From positions 3,903-67,902 of the forward strand of contig CALXVZ010000005.1 of the NCBI GenBank assembly GCA_944392235.1: 64,000 nt of DNA, read 5' to 3'. Shown in pieces: positions 30,267 through 38,882 of the stretch (position 1 is the first letter of the stretch; each line of letters begins with the position of its first letter). A model generated the notes under the pieces. It was not told where the DNA came from. It worked only from the letters and a program-made list of their open reading frames with translations, and made no database searches. A program made the translations under genes and the position numbers. Source of the stretch: an uncultured Alphaproteobacteria bacterium. GTDB lineage: Bacteria > Pseudomonadota > Alphaproteobacteria > RF32 > CAG-239.

Positions 30267-31871
30267 CTAAAACTTCATACGAGACTCAGGCATCAAAGGA
30301 GATTCTAGCACAACAGGAGTTAACAAAATAACAACAATACTACGAGTTTTATCAACTTTTTGATGTCCACCCAGAATATTATTATTAACAGCTCCTAAAC
30401 CTGCTTTATCACTAGTCGTTTCAACACGTTCATAACCAGAGAGAACCAAAGTTTCACCTGATTTTAAAGCAACTTCTTGAGAGAAGCCTCTTTCTTCAAT
30501 AATTGGATTCTGAATATAACCAGATTCCTCTGAACTATCGAGATTAACATTTTCAAGATCTAACAAGTCAGAAAGGCTAAGACTGAAGAGCATCATTAAA
30601 CGTCCATGATCCATAATACGAGGTAAAACATCAAGTGTAAAACCTGTCTCAATTTCTTCAGTTTCGACAGTAACATCATAACTAGCCTCACCACCCACGG
30701 TTCCGTTATTTGTTTTTGTATATTCAGAAATATAATTCTGTGTCTTTACAACTTGAATTGGTGCTGGTTTATTATTCATAGTAGTTACAGTACCACTAGT
30801 GACAAGTGTTGTTACACCTTGGGTTGAAAGAGCCTGAATAGCAGCATTTACAGTAACATCACCACTCAAAATTTTCATGGACATACCGCTATTACCATCG
30901 ACCAATCCTTTTGGACCAAAGTTACTATCACCCAAAGTAATATTTCCACCAGAAGCCGTTCTATCTTTAAAAGCTGCATTAAGATCGAAACCAAAGCCAC
31001 GAGATTCGTCAACCTCTACTTGTAATACTTTAACGCTTATAGCAACTTGACGAGAAAGGCGAATATTTTGCTCATTTACAAATTTAGATACTTTTTTTAT
31101 TTCTGTAGGAGTAGCTGTAATTGTCAAAGTTCCGTTCATTGGATCTGTTACTAAACTAGAACCTTTTCCGAGCATAGATTTAACTGCAGTAACAATATTT
31201 CCCCATAAGTCAATACCAGAAACCCCACTAGTAATACTACCACCACCAGAAGAACTGCTTACGCTGGAGGTCATAGAAGGTTTAGTTGGTAAGGTATAAA
31301 GAGTGAAAGTTTTAGTTGTATATTTATAGATGTATAACTCACCGTGTTCATATTTCCACCAGACACCAAAGCGTGAACAAACCTCATCAAGTAAACCACT
31401 TAAAGGGCCTTTATATGAAACAAGCATTCTTGATGTATCTGACCATTTAGACCCAACTTTTGAAACGGTAGGAGCATTTTTATCAGCTGCTGCTTTAGCC
31501 TCACTTTCAAGTTGAGGCGCAAAACGAATTTTAATAGAAGTAATTTGACTAATCATATTACCTATTTCATATAAAGTAATAGGTCTGTTACTAACCAAAG
31601 TAACACCATCAGCCGTTTCCAAATAACTAGGCAATGGTTTATCACCCTCATACTCTATTTCACTAGTATCTCCAAGCCAAATATCATCTTTAATACGAAT
31701 AACATCCGTATCAGCAACGGTTTGAGGAGCTTTTGCATCTTCTTTATATTTGATAGTTGCATCAACATCACGCTCCAAAGCTGCATCAAAATCTGTTGGT
31801 AAAGAACAAGAAGCAACACCTAACAGTAAGAAAGAAGCAAATCCAAGTAAACATTTTTTATTAGTAAGCAT
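30267..31871 (-). CDS. pilN: Type IVb pilus secretin lipoprotein PilN
   Basis: Lipobox LLGVASC, RQVAISVKVLQV, NNKPAPIQV, GFTLDVLPRI, VALKSGETLVLSGYE, IVVILLTPVV. Confidence 0.9.
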   Translation of the reverse strand: MLTNKKCLLGFASFLLLGVASCSLPTDFDAALERDVDATIKYKEDAKAPQTVADTDVIRIKDDIWLGDTSEIEYEGDKPLPSYLETADGVTLVSNRPITLYEIGNMISQITSIKIRFAPQLESEAKAAADKNAPTVSKVGSKWSDTSRMLVSYKGPLSGLLDEVCSRFGVWWKYEHGELYIYKYTTKTFTLYTLPTKPSMTSSVSSSSGGGSITSGVSGIDLWGNIVTAVKSMLGKGSSLVTDPMNGTLTITATPTEIKKVSKFVNEQNIRLSRQVAISVKVLQVEVDESRGFGFDLNAAFKDRTASGGNITLGDSNFGPKGLVDGNSGMSMKILSGDVTVNAAIQALSTQGVTTLVTSGTVTTMNNKPAPIQVVKTQNYISEYTKTNNGTVGGEASYDVTVETEEIETGFTLDVLPRIMDHGRLMMLFSLSLSDLLDLENVNLDSSEESGYIQNPIIEERGFSQEVALKSGETLVLSGYERVETTSDKAGLGAVNNNILGGHQKVDKTRSIVVILLTPVVLESPLMPESRMKF

Positions 31872-32982
31872 TCTCATTCTCCATTGTTTCAACAACTATA
31901 ACTCTATTACCTTTATAATATGTAGCAATCGGTGCAGGACGAGCTCTTGCAAAGGCTCTGATAAGAGCAGAACTGACATCGGCAAATTTTCCTTTAAACA
32001 TAACACCGGCACTTAAAATATAATTACGATTTGTATTCCATAGAAGTTTCCAGCCAGACATAGCACTCCACTTAGTAAGGAGTTCACGCAAATTTTCTCC
32101 TTCTTCTGCTTCCCAAGTTAAAACAGTATCATCGCCTACCTGAATTTCAGCTATATCAATATCTGTAATAATTTCATTTTGTTTACCAATATTAGTGAAT
32201 TCGATATTTTCATCGTCTACATAATCCGCAATATCAAAAGATTCTTCTGTAAATTCTGAAGTTATAACATCTTCATCAATAATATCATCACATTCCTCTT
32301 CACAAACGATTTCATAGGTAGAACCATCATCCGCTACACTTTTTCTAATTTTCTTCATACCAACAATTTCAATATTATTAGCACGACCAACTTTATTTTT
32401 AGGTTCTGCTATGTTTTTTGAAATAAGTTTCCCTTTTAAGTTACTTTGTGGATCATCTTTAGTGGTAATTTTAGCGCCCGATTGAGATAAAGATTGTGTT
32501 GCATTATCTGAGGCATCTATAACATCTTGATCGGCCAATGTGTAATCTTTGCGTGAAGGTTCTAAATCAAAAGATGCTGTTTGAGAAAACACCCCGTCAT
32601 CAACGGTGTATTTTATATTATCTTTTTTGACAATTGGTTTTATTTCGGTTTTTTGTGGAACGACAATATCAGCCTCTATATCAGGTTGTATAGATGAAGC
32701 TAAATTATTTCCAACGGAAGATTGAGTGTAAAGATGGTCGCGTTTAGTTCTCTCGCCATAAGCTCTATAATCAGCCTCTGTTTTGGAGTAATTTACCAAT
32801 GGCGTATCATTACAAGAAATACCATTTACACCACAACGATTCTGCGGGTTAATGGTTGCATCGATAACTTGAGTATCGTCTTCCTCTATTAAGGGAGCTT
32901 GATAAGAACTATTAGTGCTATTGCAAGCTGAAAGGCTACAAGCGCATAATAAATAAAATGGTAATACAAAATTTTTCTTCAT
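31861..32982 (-). CDS. PilL/TcpQ-domain lipoprotein
   Basis: Lipobox CSLSAC; C-terminal TWEAEEGENLRELLTKWSAMSGWKLLW...Y...F.G.F TcpQ-type domain; first gene of pil operon. Confidence 0.75.
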   Translation of the reverse strand: MKKNFVLPFYLLCACSLSACNSTNSSYQAPLIEEDDTQVIDATINPQNRCGVNGISCNDTPLVNYSKTEADYRAYGERTKRDHLYTQSSVGNNLASSIQPDIEADIVVPQKTEIKPIVKKDNIKYTVDDGVFSQTASFDLEPSRKDYTLADQDVIDASDNATQSLSQSGAKITTKDDPQSNLKGKLISKNIAEPKNKVGRANNIEIVGMKKIRKSVADDGSTYEIVCEEECDDIIDEDVITSEFTEESFDIADYVDDENIEFTNIGKQNEIITDIDIAEIQVGDDTVLTWEAEEGENLRELLTKWSAMSGWKLLWNTNRNYILSAGVMFKGKFADVSSALIRAFARARPAPIATYYKGNRVIVVETMENENAY

Positions 32983-33024
32983 CGTTTGACCTATCTTTAA
33001 ATAAAATCTTTTCTTACAATAAAT

Positions 33025-33040
33025 GTTAAAAAATAATTAA
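33025..33040 (-). promoter_or_regulatory. CtrA-type box TTAA-N7-TTAAC upstream of pilL
   Basis: Plus strand gttaa-aaaataa-ttaa = minus strand TTAA-ttatttt-TTAAC, 43 bp upstream of the pilL start. Confidence 0.5.
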
Positions 33041-33077
33041 TCAAGTTTAACACTCTATTTATAAAACGTTTTGTTAA

Positions 33078-34457
33078 TTAAATTTGCTTATCGTTATTTT
33101 TTATTTTAATAATTCTAATAATAAAAGTATCAGGTTCTGTTAGAGAAAATACTGTATCTACTTTTTTGAAATCTACTTCATTGTTCATAAAAATAGAATA
33201 TAGTAAGCTGAGTCTTTTTCTTTGTAAATCAATCGGAGCTGTGGCGTCTAAACGAACCTGTAAAAAGGTTGATGGCTCTTGAGATTTTTCAGAAAATGCT
33301 TTTAGCCAACGCAAAGTTTGACCTGAAATTTCAGCTCGTTCTGGCTGGAAAGATAATTTCAACTCAGATGGAATAATGTTATTGTTAGCATGTTCTTGTT
33401 CTGCTTGCTGCATGGTTTCATAGAAATTAACAAAGGCATCGTTAGATGAATTGTTTTCAGGGGGTGAAGAAAGTGCGTTTGCGTTATCTTGACTACTGTA
33501 TAGAGGAGGTTTTTTGGGTGCTTCCTGTTTTTTTTCTGTAGGAGTTTCTTTTTTTGAAGAGGGAGATAGCCAAGATGATAAGCTGTCAATAATGCTTTTA
33601 GATTCCTTTGGTGTCTCTTCAGAAACGGAAGAGGGTGTAATTTTGGGAATAATTTTCATAGAGTTGACATTAATAGTATTTTTTGTTTCTTTTGTGGTAT
33701 TCTTTTCGTTATTGGCAACATGCTCTTTCTTAGAGGTATCTTTAGGTTGAATAAATGTAGGTGTCAGATTTTCATCACTAAGAATTTCATCAGGAATTGG
33801 AAAGATGATGCTTTGCTTAATTTTTTCTGCAACTTTATATGAAACATCGCTATTTTTGTCAGAGCTTAATTTTAAATCTTTGTTTAGAAGATTTGTTTGA
33901 ATATCTGGAGTGTATTTCTCAAGTAGTTTTTTGTTTTTAATGTGTTTGCTACCTTTTGCAATGACCCAAGGTGAATTTTCTTCAAGGTTATCAGCAGTGT
34001 AATCGGGGAGCATGGCTATTTTGTTGTCATTATCAATATGAGATACTTCGGCATTTTTAGATTGTAAATTATCTTTATTAATATCTATAGGGATAATATC
34101 GTTGGTATTGATGTTGAGGATAATGTCATCTTCCTCACCCTCTGTATCTGATGGTGAATAAACCACATCGGAATTTGAAGGAGACTGAATGTCGTTAGAA
34201 AGATTATCTAAATGAGCAATAGTAAAAGCTTCCTTTGGGACAAGTTTCTCACTTGAGAAAGTTTTTTGTAAAGATTGTTTCTGGATGTTTGCAAAAATAT
34301 TCTGTGATTGAATATGTTCTTTTTGAGGAGCCTGAAATAAATTAATTCTTAAATCATTTGGTATGTTTCTATGAGGTGTAACAGAATTATCTCTAATTAA
34401 AGCAATGCCAATTAGAGATATAGAAAAACCAAAAATAAAGCTACTTAAAATTTTCAT
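33078..34457 (-). CDS. Hypothetical exported/membrane-anchored protein; low-complexity middle, compact C-terminal domain (OmpA/MotB-like start)
   Basis: N-terminal hydrophobic segment, S/N/K/E/P-rich linker, C-terminal LKLSFQPERAEISGQTLRWL...LQRKRL. Confidence 0.75.
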   Translation of the reverse strand: MKILSSFIFGFSISLIGIALIRDNSVTPHRNIPNDLRINLFQAPQKEHIQSQNIFANIQKQSLQKTFSSEKLVPKEAFTIAHLDNLSNDIQSPSNSDVVYSPSDTEGEEDDIILNINTNDIIPIDINKDNLQSKNAEVSHIDNDNKIAMLPDYTADNLEENSPWVIAKGSKHIKNKKLLEKYTPDIQTNLLNKDLKLSSDKNSDVSYKVAEKIKQSIIFPIPDEILSDENLTPTFIQPKDTSKKEHVANNEKNTTKETKNTINVNSMKIIPKITPSSVSEETPKESKSIIDSLSSWLSPSSKKETPTEKKQEAPKKPPLYSSQDNANALSSPPENNSSNDAFVNFYETMQQAEQEHANNNIIPSELKLSFQPERAEISGQTLRWLKAFSEKSQEPSTFLQVRLDATAPIDLQRKRLSLLYSIFMNNEVDFKKVDTVFSLTEPDTFIIRIIKIKNNDKQI

Positions 34458-34643
34458 TAAATAAAGAAATCCTCTAACGAATAATCAATGAACTCCCATT
34501 AACTATATTTTAAACATTAAATAAAAACATAAGCAAGAATATTTACAAACTAATAACAATAAAATGTTTTGAGGTGTTTTGTTGTGCGTAACACGGTGTG
34601 TGAAGTTTTTGTTACAACAATAAATATTATTTAAAAACAATAA

Positions 34644-34659
34644 GTTAATCAATATTTAA
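34644..34659 (-). promoter_or_regulatory. CtrA-type box in the divergent pil/virB control region
   Basis: gttaa-tcaatat-ttaa = TTAA-atattga-TTAAC on the minus strand, 15 bp upstream of the virB2 -35 element. Confidence 0.5.
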
Positions 34660-34674
34660 AGGGAGGTAAAATAC

Positions 34675-34703
34675 TTGAATTTTTTTTATTTTTGAGATAG
34701 AAT
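34675..34703 (+). promoter_or_regulatory. Sigma70-like promoter for virB2 operon
   Basis: TTGAAT-17 bp-TAGAAT, followed by AGGAG RBS and ATG 34735. Confidence 0.6.
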
Positions 34704-34734
34704 AATAATGTATAATGAATTTAGGAGAATTGAA

Positions 34735-35091
34735 ATGAAAAAAATGAAAACAATGTTAAACTTCTGCTTTATGGTGCTTGCATTTACTGTATTGTTTACA
34801 GATGTAACATTTGCAGCAGAAGGAAACTCTGTAATGGAGTTAGGTATGAATAAAGCATTGACGTTGTTTGTTCATATAAGAACAATTATCTTCGTTGTTG
34901 GTGCTTTTGGTTTGGTTGGTATTGCATTCCAAGCTATTTTTGGAAAAGTTAAATGGACATGGTTTGCTGGTTTGGCTGTTGGGTTAGCTATATTGGCTGC
35001 AGCTGGTGCTATTGTTAACTACGCTACAGGTGGTAACATAACCTCCAACCAAACACATGATACATTTACAAACTCAGCAAATGGTTTGTAA
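34735..35091 (+). CDS. virB2: VirB2/TrbC-family T4SS pilin, copy 1 (probable major pilin)
   Basis: Long signal peptide ending TFA, two hydrophobic helices with FGK...W.W loop; codon usage (GTT/GGT/GCT/TTC/AAC) typical of highly expressed genes. Confidence 0.75.
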   Translation: MKKMKTMLNFCFMVLAFTVLFTDVTFAAEGNSVMELGMNKALTLFVHIRTIIFVVGAFGLVGIAFQAIFGKVKWTWFAGLAVGLAILAAAGAIVNYATGGNITSNQTHDTFTNSANGL

Positions 35092-35097
35092 TAATAG

Positions 35098-35149
35098 TCT
35101 AATAACAATAAAAAAGGGGAGGGTTCTCCCCTTTTTTATTGTTATTAGA
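35098..35149 (+). terminator. 24-bp perfect inverted repeat, strong intrinsic terminator after virB2 copy 1
   Basis: tctaataacaataaaaaaggggag-ggtt-ctccccttttttattgttattaga. Confidence 0.85.
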
Positions 35150-35290
35150 TAAATATCTAATTGTATGAAGTTTTTGTTACAGAGTGAAAAAAATAATAAA
35201 AACAAAGAGATGATAAGAATAGTGTTTAACGGATTTTTCTGGATTTTTTATATATTTTATGATATAATTTCCCAAAAAAAGGGGGGTGTG

Positions 35291-35623
35291 ATGTGTGAAA
35301 AAAATAGAGTATTGCTTTTAATATTACTAGCACTAGTAATAATTAATTTCCCAGGAGTTTCTTATGCTGCGGGGATGTTTGAACCATTAAAAAATGCTGG
35401 AAGAACAATTTTTGAGGGGTTAAGACAAATTATCTATCCTGCTTCAGCTGTGGGTATAATAGCAGTATGTATTGGTGGATTTTTTGGAAATATCAACTGG
35501 AAATGGTTGACAGCCATTATTTTAGGCTTAGTGGTAATAACATTGTGTGTGCAGTTTGTGGCAATGTTTGCTCCATCTGATGCCGCAGATGAGATAGGTG
35601 AGAGACTGAGTATAGGAGCGTAG
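35291..35623 (+). CDS. virB2: VirB2/TrbC-family pilin, copy 2
   Basis: Signal peptide ending SYA; GIIAVCIGGFFGNINWKWLTAIILG matches copy 1; start ATG 35291 after GGGGGG. Confidence 0.7.
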   Translation: MCEKNRVLLLILLALVIINFPGVSYAAGMFEPLKNAGRTIFEGLRQIIYPASAVGIIAVCIGGFFGNINWKWLTAIILGLVVITLCVQFVAMFAPSDAADEIGERLSIGA

Positions 35624-35626
35624 AAA

Positions 35627-35995
35627 ATGAAAAGTATAAAAAAATATATATCTTTGTTATTATACTTATTGATATTGAGTATTTCGTTTAGTTGCGAAGC
35701 TCAAGCAGATGTTCTAGCAGTATTAAAAGGAAAAACATTAACTTTTGCAGTTCAGCTGCGAGTATTTGCATATGTAATTGCTTGTTTTGGTATTGTAATG
35801 TTTACCTTTTTGGCAATTAGCGGAAAGATAAATTTTAAACATCTCGGATATATATTTATAAGTTGTTTTCTTTTAGCATCAGTAGGCGGTGTTATAGATT
35901 ATTTTACCGGAGGAAATGCTAAATTAGATGGGCATAAGGGAGCGTTTAGACCTGATTATTTATATGCAACCCCGAGCAGTAGTCTTGGACAATAA
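35627..35995 (+). CDS. virB2: VirB2/TrbC-family pilin, copy 3
   Basis: Signal peptide ending AQA; FGIV...AISGKINFKHL...GGVIDYFTGG matches copy 1 (GAIVNYATGG). Confidence 0.7.
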   Translation: MKSIKKYISLLLYLLILSISFSCEAQADVLAVLKGKTLTFAVQLRVFAYVIACFGIVMFTFLAISGKINFKHLGYIFISCFLLASVGGVIDYFTGGNAKLDGHKGAFRPDYLYATPSSSLGQ

Positions 35996-36069
35996 TAAAG
36001 GTTTAATTTAAAAAATTTAATGATTTTGTAAGAAATTCTGAGATACACTATCAGAAAAGGAGCAATATC

Positions 36070-36360
36070 ATGAAAGATGTAATATTAAAAGCTGTTGCAA
36101 ATCCTCCAAAGTTATTTTGGGGACCTGTGTTGCCGACAGCATTAAATGCAGGTTTGCAAATACCTTTTATGTTTATGGCTATAGGAATATGGAATGTGAA
36201 TCCTTTGGTCTTTATAATAAGTATAATAACTGGACACCTGATAGTTATAGCCCTAGGAGCAAAAGACCCACATTTGTCTGGAATGATACAAGCCTTTGGT
36301 CAAACCAATTTAGTATCACAAAACTTATATAAAGAGAAAGGGAATAAATTTGAACCTTGA
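36070..36360 (+). CDS. virB3: VirB3-like inner-membrane T4SS protein
   Basis: About 96 aa, D.ILKA.ANPP..FWGP, two TMs, KDPH; overlaps virB4 start. Confidence 0.7.
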   Translation: MKDVILKAVANPPKLFWGPVLPTALNAGLQIPFMFMAIGIWNVNPLVFIISIITGHLIVIALGAKDPHLSGMIQAFGQTNLVSQNLYKEKGNKFEP

Positions 36361-38803
36361 TTTTGATTTTTATACACTTTTTTGGGCTGGACTGCAAAGT
36401 GGTGATGCATTTGTAGCAACAATAGGCATAATCTCAGCAGCAGCAATAATCGTATCATTAGTATCTAAAATAGGAACATGGGTACTTCCTCAGCCGAGTG
36501 AATCAAGAGTGTCAGATTTTTTACCATTTGATAGTTTATTATCAGATGGTTCTACTCTTCGTTGCAGTAATGGAACATATGTTAGGGTATTTAAGGTTGA
36601 AGGTGTCGATTTAACCTCAGCACGCGAAGAAACAGTAATGTCAATGTTTGAAGCTCGAAAATCATGGCTGGATAACATGGCGGATTTACAAATAACCTGC
36701 CGCGTTATAACATTAAGAGAAAAAGTTCCCATGGAAAAAAATAAAGATGATTTTGGGAATAAATGGTTAAAGATAGTAGATGATACATGGCGAGAAAATC
36801 TAAGTAGAGTATATAAAAATGATCACTATATAATATTATCAATAGAAGACAGAAAAGATGCAGTAAAAGACTTGAATTATGCCTCTCAATCAGTAGTGGC
36901 AAATTTAAATGATTATGGAATAAAAGTATTATATGAAGATGAAGATAGTCCGGCAGAACTAAGTCCGATATATCCTTTCGTTAGAATTTTAAATCCAATA
37001 AGTAAGCCTCTTCCAAAGATAAGAGCGGCAAAAGGGTTCCAGTTAAAAGAATTACTATGTTCAGATGGAATTCATTTTACAGGTGAAGAAGGGGTAATTA
37101 AATTCTTTTCAGGAGGCAAAGAAAAATATGCCTTAACAATGGGGATAAGAAATTCCGGAGACTATATGGATGAAAGTATGATTTCATCGCTACTTGCAAT
37201 AGACTGTGAGCTGACGGTTTTACACCACATACATCCATTATTTAAGCCCAAAGCCAGAATGATACTTATCCAGCAACAAAAGATGGCAGAAGTAACAAGT
37301 TTTTCATCAGATGTGGTTTCCCAATATAGTGAAGCACTGGCCGCAATTGAAGATAGTGATGTAGATCATCAATCATTAATAGAATATTCAATGAGTTTTA
37401 TATTGAAAGGGGATAGTCTAAAGGAGATAGAGTTTGGAGAAAGTGAGGTTCAAAGAATATGTCGATTATTTAGTGTAACACCTGTAAGAGAGAATTGGAT
37501 AGCTCAAGCGACATTCTTTAATCAATTCCCCGGATATGACACCTGTGGAAGAACATACTTTTATCTATCAAGAATAGTGTCATTAGCGGTTTCCTTTGAA
37601 CAATTATCAACGGGGTTACCGAGAAGTGACTGGGGTGAAGGTGCCATAACAGTATTTAGGACAATGAGTGGCTCTCCATACAGATTTCAATTTCATATTT
37701 CAGCAGCAGAATCAGCAGTGGCACACTGTTGCATAGTTGGTCCAACCGGTCAAGGTAAAACAACCTTGCTAACATTTTTAGCAGGTCAAGCTATGCGCCA
37801 CGGGGATTTAAAAGTATACTTTTTTGATAGACACAGGGGTGCTGAAATATTTACGCACATGGTAAAGGGTGCATATGTAGGTTTTAGTGGAGAAAGAAAG
37901 AATGTAGCATTAAATCCATTTGATTCTAGAGATACACTAAGCAATAGAGCATTTTTAAGAAATTGGTTAAAAGCAATAACAATGGCCAAGGACGCTCTCT
38001 CAGAAAGAGAAGCAGCAAGAGCAGTGACAACAGCGTTTGATTATTTACGCCCGGAAGAACGTATGCTAAAAAATTTATATAAGAGTTGTTTTTCACCAAC
38101 AGGGACAATGAGAAGAGAGCTATATAGATGGATAAATCCGGAGCAATATGGTAATATATTTAATGCTGAACACGATAGTTTGGATTTAAGTGCAAATCGT
38201 TTTGTTGCATTTGATTTTACAGAAATATTCGATGATGACATTCTAGCAGCAGCATCTATTAGTTACATTATGCACAGAATACAATCAGAAAGCACAGAAA
38301 CCGGAACCCCAGCACTAATTATGATAGACGAAACAGCTCCGATGTTAAAACATGAAATGTTTAGAGATAACTTTATAAAAGGATTACAAGAGGGACGTAA
38401 GAAGCGTCAAGCATATCTCTGTGCATTTCAACAACCGAACATTGTAGACAGTTTAGGAGTAGGGGATGCTGTCCGAGGGCAATGTAAAACAATGATATTT
38501 TTTAGAAATACCCAAGCGACACCGGAATCATACGAAAAATGGAATTTAACTGATAGCGAGTATGATTTCATAAGCGGAAAATCGTATAGAGATTGCCCGT
38601 ATGCCATACTATTAAAACGTCCAGATGCAGGGGAAAATGGTGAAGGAGAGTCAGTAATATTGGATGTGAATTTGAGTGGATTAGGGCCATATTTGAAATT
38701 ATACAATTCAGGTATAAAGAATGTATTATTAGTTGAAAGTTTAGTAAAAGAATTCGGAGAAGATGGATTCGTTACGAAATATATAGGTGAAATGAATTTA
38801 TAA
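36350..38803 (+). CDS. virB4: VirB4/TrbE/CagE family T4SS ATPase
   Basis: SDFLPF N-terminal motif, FNQFPG, CIVGPTGQGKTT Walker A, FFDRHRG, LNPF, AFDFTEI, LIMIDE Walker B, RKKR, IFFRN. Confidence 0.92.
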   Translation: MNLDFDFYTLFWAGLQSGDAFVATIGIISAAAIIVSLVSKIGTWVLPQPSESRVSDFLPFDSLLSDGSTLRCSNGTYVRVFKVEGVDLTSAREETVMSMFEARKSWLDNMADLQITCRVITLREKVPMEKNKDDFGNKWLKIVDDTWRENLSRVYKNDHYIILSIEDRKDAVKDLNYASQSVVANLNDYGIKVLYEDEDSPAELSPIYPFVRILNPISKPLPKIRAAKGFQLKELLCSDGIHFTGEEGVIKFFSGGKEKYALTMGIRNSGDYMDESMISSLLAIDCELTVLHHIHPLFKPKARMILIQQQKMAEVTSFSSDVVSQYSEALAAIEDSDVDHQSLIEYSMSFILKGDSLKEIEFGESEVQRICRLFSVTPVRENWIAQATFFNQFPGYDTCGRTYFYLSRIVSLAVSFEQLSTGLPRSDWGEGAITVFRTMSGSPYRFQFHISAAESAVAHCCIVGPTGQGKTTLLTFLAGQAMRHGDLKVYFFDRHRGAEIFTHMVKGAYVGFSGERKNVALNPFDSRDTLSNRAFLRNWLKAITMAKDALSEREAARAVTTAFDYLRPEERMLKNLYKSCFSPTGTMRRELYRWINPEQYGNIFNAEHDSLDLSANRFVAFDFTEIFDDDILAAASISYIMHRIQSESTETGTPALIMIDETAPMLKHEMFRDNFIKGLQEGRKKRQAYLCAFQQPNIVDSLGVGDAVRGQCKTMIFFRNTQATPESYEKWNLTDSEYDFISGKSYRDCPYAILLKRPDAGENGEGESVILDVNLSGLGPYLKLYNSGIKNVLLVESLVKEFGEDGFVTKYIGEMNL

Positions 38804-38809
38804 AAATAA

Positions 38810-38838
38810 TTGACAAAAAGGCGAAAATGTGGTAAAAT
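38810..38838 (+). promoter_or_regulatory. Near-consensus sigma70 promoter internal to the T4SS cluster
   Basis: TTGACA-17 bp-TAAAAT with extended -10 TG immediately after the virB4 stop. Confidence 0.75.
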
Positions 38839-38882
38839 TTCACAACTTAAGCATATGAAATATGCAAGTTAGGGGGGAAATT

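Noticed and set aside
33078-34457. Local inversion suggested by T-rich plus strand
   Set aside because: Sampled four-fold sites are still mostly T-ending on the coding strand; the apparent shift is explained by K/N/E/Q-rich low-complexity content.
34705-34725. dif-like site (ATAATGTATA matches part of E. coli dif)
   Set aside because: The XerD arm (TTATGTTAAAT) is not matched and the sequence coincides with the virB2 promoter/leader.
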